A stretch of 64,000 nucleotides of DNA, taken from the NCBI RefSeq assembly GCF_963921235.1, contig NC_086108.1:95296001-95360000 (forward strand), in the 5' to 3' direction. The stretch comes from Mobula hypostoma. Lineage: Eukaryota. The notes under the pieces were generated by a model that was given only the letters and a program-made list of their open reading frames with translations, was not told the origin of the DNA and searched no databases. Of this stretch, positions 51,133 to 64,000 are shown in pieces. The first letter of the stretch is position 1; every line of letters begins with the position of its first letter. The translations under genes were made by a program, and so were the position numbers.

Positions 51133-51952
51133 TTTACACTTTCGCTAGTGCTTCATAACCCACCTGACAACTATAAGCATGAAAGTGTTAACAATGCAAG
51201 TTGGTGACCCTTCAGTAGTTCTGATACAGAGCCATTGACCTGAATAGAGTTTCTTTTGCTGCAGGTATTGTCTGATCTGCTAAGTAAACACTACATTTTC
51301 TGTTCTCATAACCACACTGAAGTATTGTTACCATTAATAGGCATGTGAATGTTATGCAAGTACCATGGTTATGAATTGCCATAATTTGTATTTCTTAATT
51401 ACTTCTAATGAATTTCATTATAGGGCTATAATTAAGATTTATATATGCCACTAAATTGAATAAAGACAGGAGAAAACTATTTTCCACTTTGATTTGGTTC
51501 TTGTATATCTGACTTTTCCAAATATATCTGCAGAAATTGAACCCGTAACTTGTTTCTGGTATAGAGGCAGTGTAAAATGCATATTTTAAAATGCAATAAG
51601 TCAGCCCTCCTTTTTTGGAAAGCCTTCGATGTTGAAAAAATGCTGCTTTGTATTAAGAAATTTTACCATGTTTCCTGTTGGGTGTTGTAAGACTTGCCTG
51701 TGTTACCTAGATTATGGAAGTGTAAAGATGTACAAAAGATGGCCAGTCAATATAGATGTTGAAGTAAGTTCAGTGGGATACCTCAAACAAATACTAGAGA
51801 CAGGCATTGCTTTGGGAAAGGTAATAGTAAGCAGATACCTTGACTTCTTCAAAACCAGGTGAGCAAGATAATTGTTATTTAATAGTCTTAACAGATGATC
51901 AGTGATAGCTACATAGGGAAATTAATTGCCCTTTCTTTTTAATGAAAATATA

Positions 51953-52443
51953 TACTCAGTAGCCACTTTATTGGGTAAAACTATGGAACCTGGGGTGTTC
52001 TGCTGCCCATCCACTTCAGGGTTTGACGTGCTGTACATTCAGAGATGCTCTTCTCACACCACTGTTGTAACGTGTGGCTATTTGAGTTACTCTTACCTTC
52101 CTGTCAGCTTGAACCAGTCTGTCTATTCTCCTCTCACTTCTCTCATTAACAAGGTATTTTTGCCCACAGACCTGCCACTCACTGGATTTCGTTTTGTTTT
52201 TTGCACCATTCTTTGTAAATTCTAAAGACTGTTGTACGCGAAAATCCCAGGTCAACAATTTGAGATACTGAAACCACTGTTAAAATCACTTCGATCACAT
52301 TTCTTCCTCATTCTGATCTTTGGTCTGGATAACAACTGAACCTCTTGACCATGTCTGCACAATTTTAAGCATTGAGCTGCTGCCACATGATTAGCTGATT
52401 TAAGAAGGTCTAGAGGTGTACCTAATAAAGTGGCCACTGGGTG
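51953..52443 (-). mobile_element. Non-autonomous Tc1-family element, copy 3
   Basis: Both TIRs (tactcagtagccactttatt / cctaataaagtggccactgggtg) are flanked by TA; reverse complement of copy 1. Confidence 0.9.
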
Positions 52444-54422
52444 TACATCTTAAAATCATAAATAAATTGGTGCTAATAACCTCAATCTTGTAGGTCTGAT
52501 TAGTCGTATTAAATAGTGAATATATATCCTCCAACTCACTGCCCTGTTCCAGGAAATGATGTTGGTCCTAAGTATAAATCTAAAGTTGAAAACACTTTTT
52601 CACTCCTGAGCATAAAATGGGAGAGTTCCTTTAAGTGCCACCTATTTACCCATTGGAATTTAAGCTTTTGAGGAAAAGCCTGCAGTGTAGAATGGATCAC
52701 ATCAAAGCATTTGTGATTGTCATTAAAGCTCACTGCTGTGGGTTTGTTTAAAGCAGTAGGCTTTGTATTTATGAGAAAATGGTGAGGTAAAAATGTCAAG
52801 ACAACATGTATTATTTTATCATTCCCCCTTCCACCCCACCTCTTTGACTCACTACAGAATAAATAATTTGCAAGTTCAGACAATTATTTTATACGATGCT
52901 GTTTCTCATCTGCCTCTCACATTATCCTGCAATCAGTTTCTGAGTTCCGTCCTAATACGATGTGTAGCAATGCTTTGACACTGCTATAAATAGGGTAGTG
53001 ATAGACTTTACTTGCAGAGTTTATCAATCTCCACTATTGCTGATGAGCCATTGGTTGACAATAAAACATTAACACAAAACTGGCAGAAGCCAGTTGTACA
53101 TACCACCCTTTCCAGCAATTAGATTGCTTGCTTCATTATACAGAGGATGAAGTATTAGCTTATACTGACAGTGATACTAAAAGTAAACTCAAATTACCAC
53201 TGCCCTGAATATCTTATTAGTGTGAATGCATGCCCTAGCTCTAACATACAAAACAGGAAACAAGCCTCATGAGCACAAAGGGATGGGGATTTCAAAATAT
53301 GTGATTGAGAATTGAACAATACTTGATACAGAGCTAATCTAATAAATAAAAAACAATTCCCTTCTGCCAGAAATTCCCAAATAAGGCAGGAGCAACAAAA
53401 AACCAAAATTAAGCATACAAAAGGATGCTGGAAATACTCAGCAGTTGGGCAGCATCCGTGGAGAAAGGAAATGGCTTAGCTTATCAGATTGTTCTTTCAC
53501 CCGAAGTCTTTTACCTACTTCCTTTTCTTTGGAGATAGTTCTTCCACCAATTTCTTTTATTTATATGTTTCTGAGTAGCATGCAAACAAATATCTCAGTA
53601 TGTATGACTCAATGTCACCCATAGTTTCTTTCCAAACATATTGACTGCTTTTCTAGTAATTCGTCCCATCATTTAATTCCACTTAGTTTCTCTTGAGTCT
53701 TGGTAGTCATATTGGACTCATCAGTCACAAGTTTCAGTATAATTGAATGTAGATTTGCTTCCTTTTATCCACCATCCAGGCATGTTGATTTGTTTCCTCA
53801 CTCAAGATTGCTCCAATTCTAGTGCTTCCAACTGGCATCTTATTCCAAGATTAATTAGCCATAGACTGAACCTGGTGTCTTCCCACATTTCCAAACCTCA
53901 TCCATTAAATTTTCTTGGGAAAAGGAGATACTTCTCTGAATTTGACTTTGTATTTTCTAAAAAGATCTGGAAATGAAAGCTTGTGTCAATAAAAGTGATC
54001 ATAGTAGCCATTACATTAATATTGCCATTATGATCTGCAATATGACAAAATGCTCAGCAATAAAAAGGCACAATCCTACAAAAATTGCCTCTACAGAAAA
54101 GCCTACAAATAATAGTTGATACAGCCCAGTCCCTCATAGATAAGGCCCTCCCACCATTGACCATACGTACAAGGAACACTGACACAAGAAAGCAGCATCC
54201 ATCATCAAGGACCCCTCCCATCCAGGCCATGCACTCCTCTCATTGCTCCCATTGGGAAGGAGGTGCAGGAGCCTTGGGTCCCACCACCAGGTTCAGGAAT
54301 AGTTATTACCCTTCAACCATCAGCTCCTGAGCCAGCTTGGATAACTTCACTCACCTCAACACTGAACTGACTCCATCACCTGTGGACTCACTTTCAAGGA
54401 CTCTACAATTCATATTCTCAAT

Positions 54423-54453
<31 letters not shown>

Positions 54454-54588
54454 TTGTATTTGCAGTTTGTCTTTTGCACGTTGGTTGTGTGTCAGTCTTG
54501 TGTGTAGTTTTTAAGTAATTCTATTGTATTTGTTTTACTGTGAATGCCCACAAGAAATTATTCTCAGGATAGTATATGGTGATATATA

Positions 54589-56512
54589 CAGTGCCTTTTA
54601 AAAAAAATATTTGCACCTCTCCCCCCACCCCCCCCCACCCCGGAAGTTTTGGTGCTGTATTGTTTTATAGCATTGAATCATTGTGGATTTAATTTGGCTC
54701 TTTATGACACCAATCAACAGAAAGAGACTCCTTCGTGTCAAATTGAAAAGAGATCTCTCCAAAGTGATTTAAATTAGTTACAGATTAATTAATAATAATA
54801 GGCATCCGTTAGTCTCATGAGACCATGGATTTGTGCCTTGGAAGGTTTCCAGGGCGCAGGCCTGGGCAAGGTTGTATGGAAGACCAGCAGTTGCCCATAC
54901 TGCAAGTCTCCCCTCTCCACGCCACCGATGTTGTCCAAGGGAAGGACATCAGGACCCATACAGCTTGGCACCGGTGTCATCGCAGAGCAGTGTGTGGTTA
55001 AGTGCCCTGCTCAAGGACATACACGTTGCCTCAGCCAAGGCTTGAACTAGCGACCTTCAAGTCACTAGATGAACGCCTTAACCACTTGGCCACGTGCCAA
55101 CACAGTTAACAGATATAAAATATAAAATAATTGATTGCATAAGTATTCACCCCCTTCAAGTCAGTATTTAGTAAATGCACCTTTGGCAGCAATTACAGAC
55201 TTGAGTCTGTGTGGATGGGTCTCTATCAGCTTTGCACATCTGGACAATGCAACTTTTCCGTACTCTTTACAAAACTTCTCAAGCTCTGTCATATTGTTTG
55301 GGAATCAAGAGAGAACAGTTCTTTTCAAGTCCAGCCACAAATTCTCAATGGATTGAAGGTCTAGACTCTGACTTGGCCATTCCTGGCCATTAACTTTATT
55401 CTTAAGCCATTCCTGTGTAGATTTTGCTTCATGCTTGGGGTCATTGACTTGCTGAAAAACTAATCTTCTCCCAAGTCGCAGTTCTCTTGCAGTCTGCATT
55501 AGGTTTTCCTCTAGGATTTCCCTGTATTTTACAACATTCATTTTACCCTCTACTTTCACAAGCTTTCCAGACCCTGCTGCAGTGAAGCATTCCCACAGCC
55601 TGATGCAGCCAGCAGTGTACTTCATGGTAGGGATGTGTGTTTTTGATGATGTGCGGTGTTTGGCTTACGCTAAGCATAGTATTTAGTCTGATGGCCAAAA
55701 AGCTCAATTTTGGTTTCATTAGACTATGGAACCCTCTTCTAGCTGAGATTTCATATGAGTTTTTTTCAGCGGTGGCTTTCTCTTTGCCATTTTCCCATGA
55801 AGCTGCGACTAGTAAGGCACCCGGGCAACAGTTGTTACATGTGCATTTGCTCCCATCTAAAGCTTGTAACTCCTCCAGAGTTGTCATAGGTCTCTTGGTG
55901 GCCTCACTCCCTAGACCCCTTCTTGCACGGTCAGTCAATTTTTGAGATCTGCCTTCTCTAGGCAGATTTACAGCTGTGCCACATTCTTTACACTTCATGA
56001 TGATTGACTTAACTGTACTGTAAGGGATATTCGGTGAGTTGGAAATTTTCTTGTATCCATCTCCTGACATGTGCTTTTCAATAACATTTTTGTGGAGTTG
56101 CTTGGAGTGTTCTTTTGTCTTCATGATGTAGTTTTTGTCAGGATACCTTCCAGATACAGGTGCATTTTCACTACAATCAATTGAAACACTTTGACTGCAC
56201 ACAGGTTTATGTATAGCTAGGACACCTTAACTAACTATGTGACTTCTAAAACTATTGGTGGCAGCAGTGATGATTTGTTGTCATATTAAAGAAAGTGAAT
56301 ACTTATGCAATCAATTATTTTGTGATTATATTTGTAATTACTTTAGGTCATTTGTGGAGATCTGTTTTCGCTTTAATATGAAAGAGTCTTTTTCTGTTGA
56401 TCAGTGTTAAAAAAGCCAAATTAGATCCACTGTGATTCAATGTTGTAAAACAATAAAACATGAAAACTCCTTGGGGCGGGGGGTTGGTGATGAATACTTT
56501 TTATAGGCATTG
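54589..56512 (-). mobile_element. Second Tc1 family, IR/DR type, degenerate; transposase pseudogene at about 55161-56124
   Basis: TA flanks and TIRs of about 200 bp. Translation gives MKTKEHSKQL..GDGYKKIS, VFQQVNDPKH and WPSQSLDLQSIENLW, with frameshifts. Confidence 0.93.
54787..55103 (-). mobile_element. tRNA-derived CORE-like SINE, same family as 16236
   Basis: Reverse-complement homolog of 16236-16519 with a (tat)n tail and imperfect flanks agttacagat / agttaacagat. Confidence 0.9.
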
Positions 56513-56916
56513 TACGTACTGCGATAATAAATTTACTTTGAAATTAAATATAGTTCTTTTCAATTTGTATTACAATGGGAAGACATACAAAACCACAGCC
56601 CATATCTCAATGTCCAGAACCCCTAACTTTGCAACTCAAAAGTCCAACAAAGTGGAAGTTTAAGATTGCATTTAAAGCAATAGTTCAGTACCCGAGAAGT
56701 AGAAGTCTAAGTCTAGCAAGGCAGCATCACACAAAAGGTAACTAAATAATTTTTAAAAATCAAGCTTCTTTTGTGGTACAACATTAAGAGTAACATTTGA
56801 CAGGGAATGTTAACTCAAAATAAGTGTTTTCATCATTTCAGGAACAGAAATAACAATGCTGGAATCTGAATTCTGCTGTACCACACATTTTTCATGATTT
56901 ATAGTTAGTATTAGAT

Positions 56917-59266
56917 CAAAGATTCCCAACAGGGGCAGTTAAGTGTCCTAAGGAGGCATTCGGGGAAATAGAAATCCTCGGGGGACACTCATGATTCTTG
57001 GGTGTGGTAAGCAGCACCTTAACTTGAGGCACGAGACCTGACCAACTGTGTCAACTCGCTGCCATCATCAACATCCAATTAGCATTCCCAGTTTTGTTAA
57101 TTTTTTGTTAATTTAGCCCTGTTAATAATGGGTAAATGTGTACCCTGTGATCTCTGAGTCTGAAGGTGGTGAAGCCTTGAATTCTAATCCTGCTAAGAAA
57201 CTAAGAAACTACAGAAAGCCTGTCAATACAATGTAACATACCTGGAGTATGGTTTTCTTCAGTTCTCGTTAGATCAGCAACGCTCCATGTGTCTTATTTG
57301 TAATACTGTACTATCTAAAGAAGCCAAGACGCCGTCAAGATTGAAGGAACACTTCCGTAAAAGCCACCCTGAAAAAGTATTACTCAGTTCCAGTAGGTAA
57401 AAGCATTTGAAAAGTGTTTCACACTCGAGTCATTTGCCATGAAAGCTAAAAATGACCTTGATAGTGGTCTCATTGCTTCTTATAACATTTCTAAAATGGA
57501 AAATCTTATACAATTGGTGAAAGATTAATAATCTCTGCTGTATTAGAAGTGCTCACCACTGTTCTCAAAATGGGTACCAATGTTTTAAAATCAATTCCTC
57601 TGAGTAATAACTGTAGCTCATAGTATTGGTGAAATGAGTGAAGACATTGAGTATCAACTATGCACAGACCTACGAAAGACAGAATTTGGGATACAACTGG
57701 ATGAGTCAACTGCGAGACGACGAGGCATTGCTAATGACATATGTACAGTTTATCTAAAATGGAGTAGTTTATGAAGAGCAACACACAGAAAATGCTGGAG
57801 GAACTCAGCAGGCTGGGCAACATCTATGGAAAGCACAGCCCTGCCGAAGAGTTTTGGCCCAAAGCGTTGACTGTGCTTTGTTTGTAGTTTATGAAGAGAT
57901 ACTCTTTAGAAAAAAGTTAAAAACAAATATCAATGGAGAATCAATCTATGATGAGCTAGAAATGTATGTTGAGGATAAAAGTATTCCAATTAGGAACATG
58001 ATTTCTTGTACAACAGATGGAGCCCCATATATGACAGGGCGCCATGTTGGTTTAGTGGCATTTATGAAAAAAGAAATTCTAAGCCTGCTTGCAATCCTCT
58101 GTGTAGTTCATGTCAACACCTCGCAGCCAAAAACCTCAGCCAGCAATTTTTTCCAAGCATGACTCTTGTAATATCTGCTATCAACAAAATTAAATCTCAT
58201 CCATTAAATAGCAGAATATTTCACCAGTTATGCCAAGATAACGATGAAGAGTTTGGACACTTGCTTCTTCACTCTGAAGTGTATTGGCTATCAAAAGACT
58301 GCTGCTGAAAATGTTTCTTCGATGCTTTTGACACTGTGGTTGAATTTTTGCTCAAATTCAACAAGAATTTGGGAAACAAGATTGGACTTCAGCGTAGAGA
58401 TGTGGCATACCTAGCCGATCTGTGTGACAAAATGAATATTCTAAATATGAAACTGCAGGACTAGAATTTCAATTTAATCCAGGCAAAGAATGCAGTGTCC
58501 ACTTTTATCGCAAAATTGGAAATATATGAGGAAAACATTGGGAGAAGAATGTTCTCAGTTTCCCTCCATGGAAAGTATGTTACTGTCTTTCACAGACGTG
58601 ATTTGCAAGAGTATTGCTTGCACCTGCAGTCACTGAAGAAAGATTTTCAAAATTGATTCACAGATTTGAACGATCCAGAATGCCAGACTGGGTAATTAAC
58701 CTATTTCTTTGCAAGATGGAAAAACAGGAAGAGAGCTTGCAAGAAGAAATTATTGCAATTCAGAATGATGAAGAAGCTAAACTGCTTTTAAAAACTGACA
58801 GTTCTTGTGGTATATGGCTACACTGTCATACAAAGTTTCCTGGTCTTTGGAGAAGAGCCAGACTGCCCTTCATTGCATTTCCATGCTCCTACTTTGTTGA
58901 AAGAGGCTTCAGTGCAGTGAATCACATATTCACAGAAACAGAAACTGCTTGGACATTGTTACACATAGGGACTTAAGGTTTTGAGGTCACAACTGGAACC
59001 AGATATTTCAACTCTTGCTAAAAACTATCAAGCTTAAAGCTCACATTGATATCGAGGCTGCTGAACACTGCACAGGTACTGTGTAATCTAGATTTAAAGA
59101 CAAATAAAAATTTAAGGGAAAATTATTTTTCTCATGTTAGCATATGGTAGACATGTTTTTACACTGTGAGGGCTGGGAAGTATATTGTGCCTAAGAGGGG
59201 CATTGGCAAGTATAAAGATGCTTTTAGGGGGGCGCTGAGCTAAAAAAAAAAGTTTGGGAAACACTG
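56917..59266 (+). mobile_element. hAT Buster/Charlie-type transposon with a decayed transposase
   Basis: TIRs caaagattcccaa / ttgggaaacactg with 8-bp flanks tattagat / tgttaaat. Motifs PMCLIC-like (BED finger), IQLDES, CTTDGAP, WLSK and SYFVERGFS are present with many stops. Confidence 0.9.
57779..57883. mobile_element. Short inverted PLE-terminus insertion in the hAT transposase
   Basis: 15-bp TSD gtagtttatgaagag (57764-57778 / 57884-57898). Confidence 0.85.
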
Positions 59267-59274
59267 TGTTAAAT

Positions 59275-59528
59275 CGTCGTCGTCGTCGTGGCTATCCCTC
59301 GAAGTCGAGGATGATGGTCTTCGTTCTGAAGAAGTGGCCCACAGAGCGAAGACGTCTGAGCGTGTATTGGTTTAACGTGTACTTGATGTTGCACTCCAAG
59401 AAGCACACGATACTTCACAAATCAACCAACTGATTCCAATGGCATGGAAACCACGACGATTGGAGCTGATGGATTTGTTGCAGCCTTCATCCGCTTCACA
59501 GTCGTTGAGTTCGAAGTAAATATTAACA
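59275..59528 (-). mobile_element. Short retroelement with a (cgt)n end, possibly RTE-type
   Basis: 9-bp TSD gtgttaaat (59266-59274 / 59529-59537); CpG-rich. Confidence 0.65.
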
Positions 59529-60621
59529 GTGTTAAATATCTACAGTATGGTTTGTAAAAGTGCAGACATAGACTGCTAAATCCAGTTACTAGATCAACTT
59601 CATTACCTACTATATTTGTTTCTCATGCTCTCCAAACACGTACATGTTGAATTTAATTCATTCAGATATATAATACAAACTTGATTATGTTCATTGACTC
59701 TTGTCACGGTCAAGATTAACAGGCCCACTTTATTGTAAATAGTCCTATAATAAATGCTTATTAACTTCTAATGTAAAACTATTTTGGCAACTAAAAAATT
59801 AAGTTTTACGTATTAATGTAATGCAGGCTTCATGTATTGAAAAACAATGTTTAGTAGCAGTTTTACTTAAAGATAAATTTATATAAAAGGTGTAGTTTAT
59901 AGTATGAATCTAAATTGCTACATGCCGCTCTATACAGCAAGGGAGACAGAAAATTTCAAAATAACAGAACTAACCAAATCTGAAAAAAAATCTTTGCAGT
60001 TAGTTACATGTAAAGCAGAAGGATGTGATTACGTACATGCACTACTGTATACCTAATTTCAGTTTAAATGAATTCAGTGATGAAATAATTTAATACATCC
60101 CAAGAGACACAACTCATTTTGATCTTTGTTCTCTGACTAAAACGTCTCAATTCTTGTGTGTATCTAGTTATTTTGAGTATTTTGTCTGGGCGCCACAGGT
60201 TTGTTGGGCTGGAAGAGCCTGTTACCCTGTTATATATCTAAATAAATAAAAGTAATCATGAAGGATATTTCTCAAAGATCAAAATGATTAGGTAATCAGA
60301 TTTGATCGAAGAGTTTTCCCTTAAGAAAACTAATGGGTACTTAATGAATACTTTGCTTCAGTATTCACTACGGAAAAGGATCTTGGCGATTGTAGGGATG
60401 ACTTGCAGTGGACTGAAAAGCTTGAGAATGTAGGTATTAAGAAAGAGGATGTGCTGGAGCTTTTGGAAAGCATCAAGTTGGATAAGTCACCGGGACCAGA
60501 CGGGATGTACCCCAGGCTACTGTGGGAAACGAGAGAGGAGATTGCTGAGCCTCTGACAATGATCTTTGCATCATCAATGAGGACAGGGGTATTCTGGAGA
60601 ATTGGAGAGTTGTGGATGTTG

Positions 60622-61238
60622 AGTATAGGAGTTGCGGATTGAGCATAGGAGTTTGGATGTGATGCTGAAATTGTATAAGGCATTGGTGACACCAAATTTG
60701 GAGTATTGTGTACAGTTCTGGTCACCGAATTATAGGAAAGATGTTAATAAAATTGAGAGAGTACAGAGAAGATTTACTAGAATGTTACCTGGGTTTCATC
60801 ACCTAAGTTACAGAGAAAGGTTGAACAAGTTAGGTCTTTATTCTTTGGAGCATAGAATGTTGAGGGGGGACTTGATAGAGGTATTTAAAATTATGAGGGG
60901 GATAGATAGAGTTGACGTGGATAGGCTTTTTCCATTGAGAGTGGGGGAGATTCAAACAAGAGGACATGAAAGTTAAAGGGCAGAAGTTTAGGGGTAACAT
61001 GAGGGGGAACTTCTTTACTCAGAGAGTGGTAGCTGTGTGGAACAAGCTTCCAGCAGAAGTGGTTGAGGCAGGTTCGATGTTGTCATTTAAAGTTAAATTG
61101 GATAGATATATGGACAGGAAAGGAATGGAGGGATATGGGCTGAGTGCAGGTCGGTGGGACTAAGTGAGAGTAAGAGTTCGGCATGGACTAGAAGGGCCGA
61201 GATGGCCTGTTTCCGTGGTGTAATTGTTATATGGTTAT
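60622..61238 (+). mobile_element. Younger CR1 3' fragment nested in a CR1
   Basis: ORF 60632..60976, ttatatgg tail, and flanks atgttg (60616-60621 / 61239-61244). Confidence 0.88.
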
Positions 61239-62109
61239 ATGTTGTCCCCTTATTCAAGAAACGGAGTAGAGGTATCCCAGTAAATTATAGGCCAGTGAAT
61301 CTTTCTTCAGTGGTTGGTAAGTTGATAGAGAAGATCCTGGGAGGCAGGATTTATGAACATCATGAGAGGCATAATATGATTAGGAATAGTCAGCATGGCT
61401 TTATGAAAGGCAGGTTGTGCCTTATGAACCTGATTGAAGTTTTTGAGGATGTGACTAAGCACATTAATGAGGGTAGAGCCATAGCTTATTGAGAAAGTAA
61501 GGAGGCATGGGATCCAAGGTGACATTGCTTTGTGAATCCAGAACTGGCTTGCCGACAGAAGGCAAAGCATGGTTGTAGACCTGTCATATTCTGCATGGAG
61601 GCCGGTGACCAGTGGTGTGCCTCAGGGATCTGTTCTGGGACCCTTACTCTTAATGATTTTTATAAATGACCTGGATGAGGAAGTGGGGGGTTAGGTTAGT
61701 AAATTTGCTGACGACACAAAGGTTGGGTATGTTGTGGATAGTGTGGAGGGCTGTCAGAGGTTACAGTGGGACATTGATAGGATGCAAAACTAGGCTGAGA
61801 AGTGGCAAATGGAGTTTAACCCAGGCGAGTGTGAGGTGGTTCATTTTGGTAGATCAAATATGATGGAGGAATATAGTATTAATGGTAAGACTCTTGGCAG
61901 TGTGGAGGATCAGAGGGATCTTGGGGTCCGGTCCATAGGACACTCAAAGCTGCTATGCAGGTTGACTCTGTGGTTAAGAAGGCATCAGGTGCATTGGCCT
62001 TCATCAACCGTGGGATTGAGTTTAAGAGCTGAGAGGCAATGTTGCAGCTATATAGGACCCTGGTCAGACCCCACTTGGAGTACAGTGTTCAATTCTGGTT
62101 GCCTCACTA

Positions 62110-62514
62110 GTCATAGTCATTGTCATAGTCATACTTTATTGATCCCGGGGGAAATTGGTTTTCATTACAGTTGCACCATAAGTAATAAATAGTAATAAAA
62201 CCATAAATAGTTAAATAGTAATATGTAAATTGTGCCGGGAAATAAGTCCAGGACCAGCCTATTGGCTCAGGGTGTCTGACCCTCCAAGGGAGGAGTTGTA
62301 AAGTTTGATGGCCACAGGCAGGAATGACTTCCTATGACGCTCTGTGTTGCATCTCGGTGGAATGAGTCTCTGGCTGAATGTACTCCTGTGCCCACCCAGT
62401 ACATTATGTAGTGGATGGGAGACATTGTCCAAGATGGCATGCAACTTGGACAGCATCCTCTTTTCAGACACCACCATGAGAGAGTCCAGTTCCATCCCCA
62501 CAACATCACTGGCT
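62110..62514 (-). mobile_element. Rex1-type LINE 3' fragment
   Basis: ILDNVSHPLH...PRCNTERHRKSFLPVAIKLYN, (tagtca)n tail, and tcacta flanks. Confidence 0.85.
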
Positions 62515-62612
62515 ATCACTATAAGAAAGACGTGGAAACCATAGAAAGGGTGCAGAGGAGATTTACAAGGATGTTGCCTGGATTGGGGAGCATGTCTTAT
62601 GAGAACAGGTTC

Positions 62613-64000
62613 TTTTTCAATATTTTTATTGATATTATATAAATTGCATGAATATAAATACAAAATTCATAAGGATACAAGTAAATAATATGAATTATAT
62701 TACATTTAAATCACAGTAATATGATCACAGTATCCCATATTCCAAATCAATCATGTAGAAAAAAGATTAAATTATGAAATGAAATAAAATAAAATAATTG
62801 TATTTTATTTTAGAAAAATCTACCCCCACTACCAAAATTAGCTGGTTGGTAAAAAAAAAAAAGCAAAAAGAGAAATACCTTACCATATGATATTATAATA
62901 ATAATGGCTCAGATCCATACTTTAATAACAGTTCAAAGATTATGGAAATAATTCAGAAAGGGTCGCCATAACATTGGAAAATCATGTTTAGAATCAGAAA
63001 TGGAACAGCGAATCTTCTGTAGTCTAGGCATAACATAACATCAGATAGCCATTGAACATGAGTGGGCAGGGCGGCCTCCTTCCACTTGAGCGAGATCGCC
63101 CTCCTGGCCATAAGAGACGTAAAGGCCAATACCCGCAAATCAGATGGCTTCAGCTTTGTAGCACTATCCTCCACACTACCAAACATGGCAGTCAAGAGGA
63201 TTGAGCTTAAAACTAACATTGAAAAGTACAGGAAAAGTTTGAAATACATCTTTCCAAAATTTTTCAAGGCTTGGACATGTCCAAAACATATGAATTAGTG
63301 TGGCCACTCCATTAGTACATCTATCACAGTAAGGGGAAATATCTGCGTAGAAACGAGAGAGCTTGTCTTTAGACATATGAGCTCTGTGTACCACTTTGAA
63401 TTGTAATAAAGAATGATGAGTACATGATGAAGAATTAATCAATTTTTAAATAATCCCAGCTCTCTTCAGATATGAAAATCTGTAAATCCTTTTCCCAATC
63501 TCCTTTAATTTTATCTAAAGAGGCCTTTTCAGTCCCAAAAGTAGACCATAAATGTAAGATATTGAACCGTTATCAAAGGGTTTCAAATTAAAAATTGTAT
63601 CTATTATATTCTTGTCTGGACTTGTAGGAAATGTATGTAATTGAGATCTTAAAAAATCTCTGATCTGCAAGTATCGAAAAAAGTATTGCAAAGGTTAAAT
63701 TTCGTTGAAAGTTGCACAACAGAAGAGAGTTTCCCTCCATCAAACAAATCCTGAAATTGTTTAATACCCAATCTATCCCATTCTGTAAAAGATAATTAGA
63801 GAATATGGGACTTGAGAGGGAGAATCTCAATAAACCAAAATGTTTTCTAAGGTGTAACCAAATCCTCAGTGTATGTTTAACCACCACGTTGTCAGTTAGT
63901 TTATTTAAAGATAAAGGAATCGAGGATCCAAGTAAAGAAATAATGGAAAATTTCACAGAGTTGACTTCCAAAGAAACCCATATAGGGCAATTCTCATGGT
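62613..64000 (-). mobile_element. L1-clade LINE 3' part; continues past the window end
   Basis: QFKVVHRAHMSKDKL..CDRC..LIHMFWTCP, related to 31989-32845 but with a different 3' UTR. Confidence 0.92.

Larger units (their letters stand above)
54085..56545 (+). mobile_element. Rex1/Babar-type 3' end split by a Tc1 (pieces 54085-54588 and 56513-56545)
   Basis: TTRFRNSYYPSTI motif; the tail resumes after the Tc1 (cgtactgcgataataaatttactttgaa). Confidence 0.8.
60330..62612 (+). mobile_element. CR1 RT region, host of nested insertions
   Basis: DKSPGPDGMYPRLL, NYRPVNLSSVVGK, SQHGF and [10 protein letters not shown] motifs; interrupted at about 60622, 62110 and 62613. Confidence 0.93.

Noticed and set aside
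57120..59050. Domesticated ZBED/SCAND3-like gene
   Set aside because: Many stops and frameshifts, TIRs are retained, and a PLE is inserted, so it is a dead transposon.
27127..64000. Terminal EVI5 exon (LRCLKG...FDGIHI-like)
   Set aside because: No matching sequence found by eye; it is probably beyond the window. A tBLASTn search would settle it.
1..64000. CRISPR array or prokaryotic RT system (retron, DGR)
   Set aside because: The sequence is eukaryotic. All RT fragments are CR1, Rex, L1 or PLE types, and there is no regularly spaced repeat-spacer array.

Overview
This is vertebrate intronic DNA, most likely from a cartilaginous fish (ray or shark), inferred from the repeat families present. 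The only host-gene exon I can support is a 96-nt phase-0 exon at 27031-27126 (+) encoding KEEGKVKGQLNNSDSTQYIRALKDQIEELQHE. It matches my recollection of the penultimate coding exon of EVI5; EVI5L is the less likely alternative. The rest is a heavily nested set of degenerate transposable elements: CR1, Rex1/Babar, L1 and RTE-type LINE pieces, Penelope-like elements (PLEs), V-SINE and CORE-like tRNA SINEs, two near-full-length Tc1 elements, Tc1 and hAT MITEs, and a Buster/Charlie hAT element. The most notable non-obvious signal is a minimal hammerhead-ribozyme motif (cagtc-CTGAnGA-a-ggg...ccc-GAAA-cg-TC-gactg) in the PLE terminal repeat. It occurs in many copies, including short, often palindromic, non-autonomous insertions flanked by target-site duplications (TSDs). 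All family assignments come from motif recognition, not database searches, and repeat boundaries are approximate unless a TSD or TIR is cited.
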